Source of the DNA: Nemertoderma westbladi
Lineage: Eukaryota > Animalia > Xenacoelomorpha
Length of the DNA: 64,000 nucleotides
Assembly (NCBI GenBank): GCA_032718475.1
Contig: JAUCBJ010008638.1
Span: 26,405 to 90,404, forward strand
Reading direction: 5' to 3'
In this document: one piece after another, positions 26,561-36,700 of the stretch
Layout: each line of letters starts with the position of its first letter
How positions within the stretch are numbered: the first letter of the stretch is position 1
The notes under the pieces: model-generated
What the model was told of the DNA's origin: nothing
What the model saw: the letters and a program-made list of their open reading frames with translations, nothing else
Databases searched by the model: none
Program-made: the position numbers and the translations under genes

Positions 26561-26819
26561 AATACATAAGACAAACAATTCATAAGAAAGGCTCACGAGT
26601 CTTCCGTCCATCCTTGCCCTCCCTTTTACCGCTTGGTGGATCGAGCCCTGCCGCGTCCTCGAAAACTGCGTACAGGTGACTTTGCTCGCGGTATGGGACT
26701 TGTGGGGCGAGTCACTAGTTTACCTTGGACGTTGGGAGATGGTGCGACCATTTCCTCACATGCTCGTCTATTTGGCATCCCAAATCCTCGACCGACTCCT
26801 CGTGATCGACCGGTTGTGT

Positions 26820-27779
26820 CTACCATTGGTAAAACGTCTGGGAATGCGCGGGAAGCGGACGACGCAGACCCAAGAGAAACTTGCGCCCCCTTTGATCGGC
26901 TGGTATGTGTCCTAATCCTCCTTGCGGTTCTCTGGGAAGCGAAACCGTATCCCGAGTAATCCGAATAGTCGGTTCGTATCCCCTTCGTTCTTCAACATTG
27001 ATAGTTTTCTTTAATTGTTGGCCCACCTTTTGAACCCTTATGATCCTATGCTGTCCATCCTCCCGAGGGTGACGTGCAGACGGCGCGACCAGAGTAGCTG
27101 GTATATTGGTCGCCTCTAGGACCTCCTCTTCCTCGAATACGCTCGCTCGTATACGTTTATGGTAGAATGCGGCTCGGTACGCCCATGCGACGGTTAACCA
27201 AGCTCCCTTGTTCCGCTTTTCCGTTCGGAAACGATCAAATTCACCATATGTGATACGGTTAACGACTTTCTGGAAATTCCATGTATTCTTATTGTCAGGG
27301 TATATCTGTAACAAGTATTCACGCACAACTCGAAATCCACTATCGTGAGGCAAAATATCAACTACCTCGATGAGTTCGTCATATTGTGGCATGGCGGAGA
27401 TATATCCTTCCGACATCATAGTTTGGGGATTTACCGCCCAAAATCCAAGATGCGCTCTCATCGGGAATCGTCTTCTTTGTGCCGATACATGTTCGTCAGC
27501 TAAATCTTCCCAATCATCAAATAGATTTCGCACGAGTTTTACAGATTCGTGTTCGTAAGGTATGTCTCGCAATTGGCATTCAGATGCTCGATGTCCCTTT
27601 ATATTGCAGTATGTGCATTGAGCCATAAATCTCCAGCAAGTATAAAATGTATGGGACCCTTGATCTCCACACCATCCACAGATTAGTTGAGTCGTAGTAA
27701 TGTGCCTTCCACTGCACTTTGTCGAATGATGTCCAGCGACGCCACATTTACCACACGTCGTATTAGCAGGGTACCACAC
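26820..27779 (-). CDS. Extra ORF in the env position, protein with three CCHC zinc knuckles (probably part of a longer disrupted ORF, ~26626-28341)
   Basis: CGKCGVAGHHSTKC, CGWCGDQGSHTFYTC and CTYCNIKGHRASEC; same strand as pol; no signal peptide or TM segment seen. Confidence 0.7.
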   Translation of the reverse strand: MWYPANTTCGKCGVAGHHSTKCSGRHITTTQLICGWCGDQGSHTFYTCWRFMAQCTYCNIKGHRASECQLRDIPYEHESVKLVRNLFDDWEDLADEHVSAQRRRFPMRAHLGFWAVNPQTMMSEGYISAMPQYDELIEVVDILPHDSGFRVVREYLLQIYPDNKNTWNFQKVVNRITYGEFDRFRTEKRNKGAWLTVAWAYRAAFYHKRIRASVFEEEEVLEATNIPATLVAPSARHPREDGQHRIIRVQKVGQQLKKTINVEERRGYEPTIRITRDTVSLPREPQGGLGHIPADQRGRKFLLGLRRPLPAHSQTFYQW

Positions 27780-28894
27780 TCGCTCATATATAAGATCCTA
27801 TATAAGATTATATAAGATATCTTCCTCCCACACTATAGTCGTAATCATCTGGATCGATAGGTTGGTGTGTTTCAGAAGGTTGTATGCAAACTACAGCATC
27901 TGTTGCTTCTAGTTGTCGAATCTCCGTCTGTTATTTCTTCGGGAGGTTCCTTTCAATCTCAAGAAGTTCCTCTAAAGGATCGTCAATGATCGTTGTTACT
28001 GTCGGAATTATCACCTAAGTGACCGATAGGCGCGCGCGTCTGCCGTGATTCGTCCGTAACCTCCACGATACCGTCGTGTCATATTTAGTCTTTGCGAGTT
28101 TCGCTGTACTTTCTGATAAGTCCTTTATTCCAAATATGGTGTAGTCTTTAGCTCCAAATCGTTCAAATGGCGATGCTGCTTCCTCTTGGATATCATATCC
28201 CCATCTCGGCTCTCCATGTATCCCCTTCGCCATTCTTTGAAGTATGGCTACATAATCATTGCTACTAGAGGGAATACAACAGAGTTTATTGTTAGTTGTG
28301 AGGAGATGTGAGAGTTTTCGTCTGCCCTTTGGGCTCGACAACGCTCTAACCTCCTACCCATAGCCTAAGATCTAGGGTTTCTTTAATGACACGCTGTTTC
28401 TTATCTAAAATTTTTGCCGAAATAAAAACGAATTTGGGCTAAACTGGCTGTGAGTCTAAAATACTCACTTTTTGATCCCAAACTATTATCAGAAAATAAG
28501 CAATCAAGAATTAGTAATAAATATAGGGAAGTCTATTATTCAACGTAACTTATTGAAACAAGACCGTGTAAATTTTATTAAAATTTTAGAAAGGCTCGCG
28601 AGTCTTCCGTTCTCTTGTTTCTCTAATTTTTAAGTTCCACCCGACTGTACCCTGAAATCTATTCACTGGAGAAAATTTTAAAATTTTTCAAATCCAAATG
28701 GATTGCCTAAAATTTTGAAAATGTCTCAATATTGTGAGTTCCAAGTAGAATTCCATTTCTTATACCTACAAATCCCGCTCCTATGTGACACATAAGGGTA
28801 CTACCCTCAATGTTCACATATAAAGACAATGGAATTATACCGCTGTCCTTACTACAGTGTACAGGTACGTGGAAATCTATTTGTAAACTCCTTA

Positions 28895-31800
28895 CTATTT
28901 ACTAACATTAGTTGGAGACTTGTAATCTCCAGACTTGTTTCGCGTCTCTTCAAGAAGTACGAGACGTTGAGTCGGTCTGTCTACTGTACGACCGTCAATT
29001 GTCCGTACCGTCACGGTTCTTGTTACTCCATCCATAGATGGATGTGTGTCTAAAATTACACCTGTTATCCAGAAGCATCTTTTTAAATTCACTTCTGCTA
29101 ACAGCACGTGATCTCCCGGCTTTAAAGCGCGAGTATTGTTGTACCAGGTTGTTCTGGCAGAAATAGAGGGCAAATAATGATTTTGCCATATTTCCCAGAA
29201 TTTGTTAGCCAGTAGTTGCGTGATTTTCCACGCTTTTCTACCGTAGCTATCGCCTTCTATTGGAATAGAAATAGGCATTAATGTCGTCGGTGCCTGCATC
29301 AGCAGGTGTGCCGGTGTTAAAGCAAACTGGGATTGTTTGTCATCGGGTACTAATACTATTGGTCTAGTATTTAGTATTGCCTCGATTTCAACAAACAATG
29401 TTGTCAGTTGGTCGTCTGTCAAGATGTGGTTTACTGGAATTACTTTCGCCATGGCTGTTTTTATAGATCTAATCAATCTCTCCCAGACTCCGCCTCTCCA
29501 TGGACTATCTGGAGGATTAAACTTCCAAACAATCTTGTAAGGACGTAGTTCGTTTGAGATTTGGTCATGATCTAATTTCTTAAAGGCTCTAGCAATTTCA
29601 TTTCGAGCACCAACAAAGTTTGTACCTTGGTCTGAGTACAAGCATTTTACTAGTCCGCGTCTAGCGATAAATCGCCGCAATGCTAGTATAAAGGCGTTGG
29701 TGGAAAGATCCATCACACGTTCAATATGAACTGCCCTACTGGACATGCATGTGAAAATCAGTCCCCAGCGTTTTACTAGTATATGTCCACGTTTCGTATG
29801 TATGGGACCAAAGCAGTCAATTCCAGTCTCTGTGAAAGGTGGTTTGAATGCCTGTAGTCGTGCTTGTGGAAGTTCACTCATTTCTTGGGTACTTATTCTA
29901 GAATGTACCTTTTTACAAATAATACACATACGTGTCACTGAACTTAACGCTTTACTGGGTCTAATTAATACAAATCTTGTACGTAAGTAGGAAAGACAGT
30001 GGTGTCTTCCAGCGTGTTTCAGATGTAAATGTGCGTCCAGTATCATTGCACGTTGTAATTCGTGATGTTGCGGTATTATTATTGGGTACCTAAAATCAGT
30101 ATTAAAGTCGATGTTTTGAAGCCGAGATTTATGACAAATTAAGCCATTATAAATTATCGGACTCCAACTCAATATTGGTGACGACTTGATTGGTTGACCT
30201 TGACTTATGGATGTGAATTCGCGTGCGAAATATCGCAATTGATAATGGCGAATTAATTTAATTTCACATCTGTCAATCTCAGTCAATGTGAGTCGACGTG
30301 TAAAGTTGCGTTTGCCTTTAACGTATTGTACAAAACGTACAATCCACGCTAATTTTCGGCACGCATTTGTCCAAGAATCTGTTAGGTTTATAATACGGTC
30401 GACGTAAGTATTTATGACGTCATCAAGTAAGTCAATGGAGAATTTGGAAGGTTTTGATTTACTAGATGGGCCCACGAGTCCGCCGGTAGGTATTCCCTTG
30501 TTGACTGTTGATCCGTCCGGGTCTACAAGTAATTTGTCCTTCTTCGTCTTCTTACCTTGATTGTCAGTACTTTGTGTGTCGATTCCTAATGGTGGTTTAA
30601 ATTCTATGGGATCACTGGGTTTCGGTAAACTTATTTTTGTGCCGATATTAATCCCAGGTCTCACCGTAGGTTGTAAGGTTGGTATGTCTCTTGAGCGTAA
30701 AGTAACACCTGTATTTACATTTGCGTAGGTACTACCCACATCTGTAATACATGAGGTTTCACTGTAATTATGGTTACTCAAGGGTGTCAAATCTGGTAGT
30801 TTGTCAATAGAAGGCCGCTCCAATAGGGAAACTGCGGCTTTACTATGTGTTAGTATGTTACTAATGTCTAGTAGAACATCTTGTGAAATGTCTGGTAAAA
30901 TGTTTCGCGGAACTTCCGGCGAAATGTCTAGTGACATGTCTGGCAAAATGTCTAGTTGACCGTCTGGTAATGTGTCTGGTTGACCGTCTGACGATACGTC
31001 TGGTAACATGTCTGGTTGACCGTCTGGCGATACGTCTGGTTGAGAAAGGCTCGCAAGTCTTCCTGCCTTAACTTTGTGAGTTATATTTTTCCATTTCGCC
31101 TTTGGTTTCTTCTTAAGTTTCGCCGTTGTCTTTTTCTTTGCTTTACCTTTCTTTGGTTTTTTAATTTCGGCGTCCTTAGGAATAGTATTAGACTTGTTAT
31201 CGTATAGTGGCGGCCAATGTTGTGTTGCTCTTTGTAAGAATTGTGGTCCGTGTTGCCAAAATTCCTTGTTTTCCGGTTTACAGAATTCCTCAGGCATCAT
31301 TCCTCGTGACGCAATATCAGCTGGATTTTGTGGTCCGGGACAATGTCGCCAATCTTCCTTTATTGAACGGTCTAGAATTTCTGCACGACGGTTAGCTACG
31401 AATGTCTTGAATTCAAGTGTGTCGTTGTTTATATAAAATAAAACTAACGCCGCGTCAGTCCAATAAAATATCTGTAAACTTGACTGTAGTTCAGTCTGTA
31501 TGAGGTTTACAATGGTAGTTGACAGAGTTGTGGCTTGTAGCTCAGCGCGTGGTGTCGTCATATACTTAGTAGGCATTGTTTTAGCCTTAGAAGTAATGAG
31601 CGATACATCAAACTCATCTGAGTCTACTTGTCTGCGCAAATACGCTGTCACTCCAAAGCCGTTGTCACTGGCGTCGGAAAAACAATGTAATTCTAAATTG
31701 TCAGGAAATGTTGTCTGTAATGGAAAGTACACCCGGGGTATGGAATAATCCTCTAGCGAAGATAATTGCGCCTCCCAAGTCTTCCATAAGTCCACTTGTT

Positions 31801-33703
31801 CGGATGAGATCGGTTCGTCCCATGTCAGTCCATCTTTCCAAATACTGCGCATATATATTCTTGCTTGCAGTATTATTGGGCTGATGAAACCTAATGGATC
31901 GAACAGTCTGCTTAGTTTCGACAAGCAAGACCTCTTTGTCAGAGAATCCCCTTCAGCGTCCAGTTTTACTTTCACTCGAAAGTTGTCTGTGTTCGGGTCC
32001 CAAAATAGTCCCAACACCTTGGTCGTCGGCAGTGGTTCGAACTCTAAGTCAATGTCACCACCCCCACGTTCAGTCGTTTCGAATGAATTTACTAATTCGG
32101 CACTGTTTGAGGCAAACTTGGTGAGGTTAAAACCTCCGCCTGCTAAACAGTCCCGTAATTGATGTGCTACTGTTATAGCACGTTCTACTGTGTCACAACT
32201 TTGTAATCCATCGTCTACATAAAAATCTCGCTCTATGATCTGGATTACCTCTGGGTCATATTTATGTTTCTGATCCCTAGCGGTTTGCTTTAGGGCGTAC
32301 ATAGGGCAGTTTGGGCTGTCCCTGGCACCGAAAACGCGAACTTGCATTTGGTAAGTCGCCGGTGGTTGACTTAAGTCTCCATCCGGGTACCAGAGGAACC
32401 TCAAACTGTCTCTGTCTCGCTCTAACGCTCGCACTTGGTGAAACATCGCTTCTACGTCACAAGTAAATGCTACTTGGCGCTGACGGAAGCGCATAATCAC
32501 CCCCATGAGATAATTATTCATGTTTGGTCCATCCATCAACTCACTATTGAGAGACATTCCCTCAAACAGAGCCGCGCAGTCATTGACTACACGTACTTTG
32601 TCTGGTTTATCGGGGTGTCTCACGTAGTGATGTGGCAAATAGTATGTCTGGTCAGTCACAATCTCTGGGTTAGTCATTCTGATAGCGTATCCTTTCGTCA
32701 AATATGTCTCCATCTGAGTATTATACTGCAGATGGGCTTTCTCGTCCTTTAATAAACGTTGTCGTATTGAGTGTAACCGTCTTAAGGCTAACGGATAGTT
32801 ATTTATAAGTTTAGGACGTTGGTTACGCCATAGCATCCCTACCTCATAATGTCCGTCTTTCGTCTGGCGGATAGTATCTTCCATGATCTTTAAAGATTGT
32901 TTCTCTTGTTCCGACACACATGGTTCGTAACTACCAGGTTCGGCTGTGTCTTGTTCCAACCACCTGATAGTTTTCTCTGTTAATTCCTTGTCCAGTGCAG
33001 CTTGTTCCACTTGATGATTTCTTAACGCATCTTCATCGACGGGCGTTGTTGAGGTTATTGGTTGAGGTAGACTCACAAGCCTTCCGGCGTTATCATCTAT
33101 CGTTGATGGAACCTCTGCCTGACTCCGCTCCTTCTCAATCTTTATACTAACCTTGTGGATAGGCTGCTCTTTGTGACTTATCGTACGCGCTACACACGTC
33201 GTACTTGTAACATTGTCGTGTTTTGTCGAACGTAGTGTAGTATAGTCCTTGTCGTGTGAAAAGGAATGAGTCGAAGTTATAGTTAATAAACTACATGTAC
33301 TTTGTACATCGTCTTCCTCATCACTTATATCTAGTGTGCGCACAGGCGCTCGAGTGTACCAACCTATCGGAGTTCGACAGGCGTATGCATTTCCTGCTAC
33401 GACTACCGAAGGTCTGGTTTCCCACACTTGATGTAAGTTGAATTGATCTGTCCCGATCAGCATTGCTACTGATCTATAGTTGACAGGACATTCAGGTACA
33501 CCAAGGTGTCTGAAATACTTACGGTCCTCTAAGGATTGTTCCGGCACTGGACCCAGTAGGTTACTAAAGTCCTTGGTGGCTGCAAAGGTTAAATCCTTAA
33601 AGGGTAACAAAGACCTCTCCTTTTCGCTGTGTTGCGATTTCGGAAGAAGAGTGTCTAAGTTTAACTTAACTCGTGTCACTGGTATTGCACGTTGGCCATG
33701 CAT
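28895..33703 (-). CDS. pol: BEL/Pao Pol (RT, RNase H, integrase)
   Basis: YYLPHH..KVRVVNDCAA, FYVDD, LHCFSDAS, NPADIASRG, HHCC finger, GIDCFGP, SDQGTNF and GGVWERLI. Confidence 0.97.
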   Translation of the reverse strand: MHGQRAIPVTRVKLNLDTLLPKSQHSEKERSLLPFKDLTFAATKDFSNLLGPVPEQSLEDRKYFRHLGVPECPVNYRSVAMLIGTDQFNLHQVWETRPSVVVAGNAYACRTPIGWYTRAPVRTLDISDEEDDVQSTCSLLTITSTHSFSHDKDYTTLRSTKHDNVTSTTCVARTISHKEQPIHKVSIKIEKERSQAEVPSTIDDNAGRLVSLPQPITSTTPVDEDALRNHQVEQAALDKELTEKTIRWLEQDTAEPGSYEPCVSEQEKQSLKIMEDTIRQTKDGHYEVGMLWRNQRPKLINNYPLALRRLHSIRQRLLKDEKAHLQYNTQMETYLTKGYAIRMTNPEIVTDQTYYLPHHYVRHPDKPDKVRVVNDCAALFEGMSLNSELMDGPNMNNYLMGVIMRFRQRQVAFTCDVEAMFHQVRALERDRDSLRFLWYPDGDLSQPPATYQMQVRVFGARDSPNCPMYALKQTARDQKHKYDPEVIQIIERDFYVDDGLQSCDTVERAITVAHQLRDCLAGGGFNLTKFASNSAELVNSFETTERGGGDIDLEFEPLPTTKVLGLFWDPNTDNFRVKVKLDAEGDSLTKRSCLSKLSRLFDPLGFISPIILQARIYMRSIWKDGLTWDEPISSEQVDLWKTWEAQLSSLEDYSIPRVYFPLQTTFPDNLELHCFSDASDNGFGVTAYLRRQVDSDEFDVSLITSKAKTMPTKYMTTPRAELQATTLSTTIVNLIQTELQSSLQIFYWTDAALVLFYINNDTLEFKTFVANRRAEILDRSIKEDWRHCPGPQNPADIASRGMMPEEFCKPENKEFWQHGPQFLQRATQHWPPLYDNKSNTIPKDAEIKKPKKGKAKKKTTAKLKKKPKAKWKNITHKVKAGRLASLSQPDVSPDGQPDMLPDVSSDGQPDTLPDGQLDILPDMSLDISPEVPRNILPDISQDVLLDISNILTHSKAAVSLLERPSIDKLPDLTPLSNHNYSETSCITDVGSTYANVNTGVTLRSRDIPTLQPTVRPGINIGTKISLPKPSDPIEFKPPLGIDTQSTDNQGKKTKKDKLLVDPDGSTVNKGIPTGGLVGPSSKSKPSKFSIDLLDDVINTYVDRIINLTDSWTNACRKLAWIVRFVQYVKGKRNFTRRLTLTEIDRCEIKLIRHYQLRYFAREFTSISQGQPIKSSPILSWSPIIYNGLICHKSRLQNIDFNTDFRYPIIIPQHHELQRAMILDAHLHLKHAGRHHCLSYLRTRFVLIRPSKALSSVTRMCIICKKVHSRISTQEMSELPQARLQAFKPPFTETGIDCFGPIHTKRGHILVKRWGLIFTCMSSRAVHIERVMDLSTNAFILALRRFIARRGLVKCLYSDQGTNFVGARNEIARAFKKLDHDQISNELRPYKIVWKFNPPDSPWRGGVWERLIRSIKTAMAKVIPVNHILTDDQLTTLFVEIEAILNTRPIVLVPDDKQSQFALTPAHLLMQAPTTLMPISIPIEGDSYGRKAWKITQLLANKFWEIWQNHYLPSISARTTWYNNTRALKPGDHVLLAEVNLKRCFWITGVILDTHPSMDGVTRTVTVRTIDGRTVDRPTQRLVLLEETRNKSGDYKSPTNVSK

Positions 33704-36700
33704 ACTACTTACGGTATAACTGACGTTCTTACCTTGTCAGAGATCCGTCACGACATCAGCTACCTTCTCGTCCACATAGCTGTGAGATGAGGCTGAATCC
33801 AGGATAGCGTAGATCCTTTTGCTCCCTTTGGTGCCAGTAATCTTAATAGGAATTACGCTGAAACCTTTTAGTTGGTCAGTCGTCAGAAGCGCGATCGATG
33901 GTTGTTCGTCTCCATCTGAGTATACGTCGTCGTCCTCGGTTTCTTCGTCAGAAGACCCGGATTGCTCTGGGAAATAATCCCGAATATGCGTCACGAACGT
34001 TGGAGTCGTTCTCGATTCACGATTCTTGTCGGCCGTATTACATTTCGCTGCTGCTTCTGGGTGTTCCCTAGTGAAGCGTTTGGTCGGCGTATGGCTGTCC
34101 GTATGGAGCAAACCGTCGTGGTTGCGTCCACAGGATGGACAAGTGTCCGTATTTGGACAATCTTTGCGGACGTGTCCGTGTTGAGTACACCGCCAACAAG
34201 AGTCCAATGGCCGTATCTGCAGCCATCGTTCTTCCGAGTTTAACTCGCGAAACAGCTGACAACCTCTTAACTTGTGAGTGGTGTGCCGCTTGCCTAGCTG
34301 CTCGCAGTATTGGCAACCGCTAAAGTCTGCACTCAATTGTTGTCTGGTCTGTTTGATCCCAATAGGTGCGGATACTCTACTACCGTCCAAAAATTGTCGG
34401 GTTTCTGTCGATGTGGCGTAAGTGGCCATCTTGGTGGATGTTGTCTGGGGTTTTTGTCGGTTTGAGGATGGTAAGGTGATTCCTTCTGCTACGATGTGTT
34501 GGTCAGTGTAGTTGGATCGAGTCTCCACTACCGCTTCCCTGGATATTAATAGGTATACATCCTCTAGTTTCAAGAATCCACCCCGTTCTTCCCGCTGGTA
34601 TTCGATCTTCCTCCACTCCCGACGAAGTCGATGGTGGAGTCTCCCTATGATCTTTAATAGGACTGTAGGGGTGTTCCCGTAATCGAGTTGTCCAATAGAT
34701 CTCAATGTAGTGATAGTGTTTTTTATTTCGTCAGCTAGCTTTAGTAAGTCGACTGGTTTAGTAATAGCCCCCCCTTACAGAGTTCCTCTATCACTGACTT
34801 GGCCATGCTGACTGTACCTCCGTAGATTGAAGTTAAGCGATCGTACGCTAACTCGAAGGCATCTGGTACACCAACGAAAGTCTCCGCTAAGCGTTTTGGT
34901 TCTCCCGTCAAGGTTTGAAGCAGATAGTTGAACTTTTCCCTTGAGGTAAAAGCGCACGCCGCAATTTGAGATTCGATGTAGTCTACGAACGTGTGCCAAT
35001 GTTTAGAGTTACCGGAAAACTTAGGTGGTTGTTGCACCGGTAGTCCTTGTCTGGCTGCGAATTTAGCTATCTCCTCGGCTACATTCAAAGTTTCGCGTCC
35101 TTGGTTGGCAATCGAGTTGATGTTCTCCCGTCTTGGCGCTTTTCTTTGATACGAGGTGGTTTTTGAAGTTATCACTCTTTGCGGTTCCTTCGTGTTTCTA
35201 TTGTGTTCGAATTCGGTGTTTCTCGAACTATCAGTTTGAACTTCCTCCAAGCGTTCCTCGATCTGAGCCAACTTGTTAACAACTGTTCGCTTGTTAACAA
35301 CATTCTGTCGCAGAATGTCGGCGAATTGTTGTGTACTGATCGCGTCCTTTGGTTGTAACGCTTTCTGTGTTGGTGTATTTTGTGGAGGATTGTCTATAAA
35401 GGAATTGTCTGAACGCTCGCATTTATATTCATCGGCCGCTCCCGTTCTAAACACTTCGCGTTCCGGGTAATCCGATTCACTCGAAGTACTACTATCACCT
35501 GGATACGGTGGCCGACGTGCTCGCGTCCGTTGGGTTGTCCGGATTCTAACATTCCTTTTCGAAACATCGTCTACTGGTTTCCGTCGTTCGGTAGGCTCGC
35601 AGGTCTTCCTCGAAGTCGTAGAATGCGATGTAAACTGGTTAAGCGGTCGCGTATCCACTGGTCTCCGTTGTTCGGTAGGCTCGCAGGTCTTCCTCGAAGT
35701 TGTAGAATGCGATGTAAACTGGTTAAGCGGTCGCGTAATGGCGTTTGAGTCCAAAGTCCTCGTAGGTCTAAACACAGTTGGGTTTACGTTGTGCGTGACC
35801 GGTTTTGGTGTCGACGGTTGACTCCGCTTTCGTCCTTCTGGGCTCCTCTCGGAGGCGCACCCATGAGGCGGACGTGTTTCCACCACCCCTGGGGCCAGTC
35901 CGACTGATGTTATTATCAGACCGGGCCGGATGGTGGCCCGATGCTTCCCGGGTTCTGTTTTCGGTCCCCCGATCACACCGGCACAGCTCGTCGAACGTGT
36001 AGCCAGATGGGCGGCTACTGTCAACTTACTGTGGCCTGACTGTACATTGAGCCAACTCAAAGTATAACAAAGAGTCAACCGGCAGGTGGACCAGTCGATA
36101 GCGATCGAGCACCAAGGTCGCCCTTGGGCCTAACCGACGGTCTTGTCCCACGTGGGCTTGCGCTACCCAACATTGGAATTTTGACACGTTTTCACCTGCC
36201 TCGCCGGCAATATTGAGGGGAAGTAAGTTCCACAAACAATATTGACTAGCTCGAAAGCTAGGAACAAGTAACCACTTACCCGTCCTGTACACGTGTACTC
36301 AACAGATGCTCACAATATCAAGTACACTACGGTAAACACAAATTCTGACACATACCATGCACACACAGAGGACATAATCGGGTAAGACAAAATCCGTGTC
36401 AAAATCGGGAAAGACAAAATCGGAGGGGACAAAATTGTATCGACCAGCAACAAAAATCGAGAGTACCTTATTTTACCGACAGGGTAAAATAACTTTGTGT
36501 GCACAAAGTATGCTGGGGCGCAGTAAAGTATGGTCCTACTAATACCAGCGGCGTCTGGACCAACTGGCAAGGGTTCCCATACTCACTCGCAGTGGCCACA
36601 CATACAATCACGTGCACTCACGTACCCACAGCAACAGAAAGCTCAAAGACCCAGACAGTTTATTCCAATGCCACCAAAGACCAAATCAGCTGAACATGGA

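Noticed and set aside
33737-33739. TGA-CAA as programmed gag-pol readthrough
   Set aside because: It falls inside the protease region after ILDSAS, BEL elements usually have one ORF, and this copy has other lesions. CGA-to-TGA decay is the simpler explanation.
34765-34778. G-run frameshift as a programmed ribosomal frameshift
   Set aside because: The sister element reads through in frame (CRGGNISRP); a one-base homopolymer loss or sequencing error explains it.
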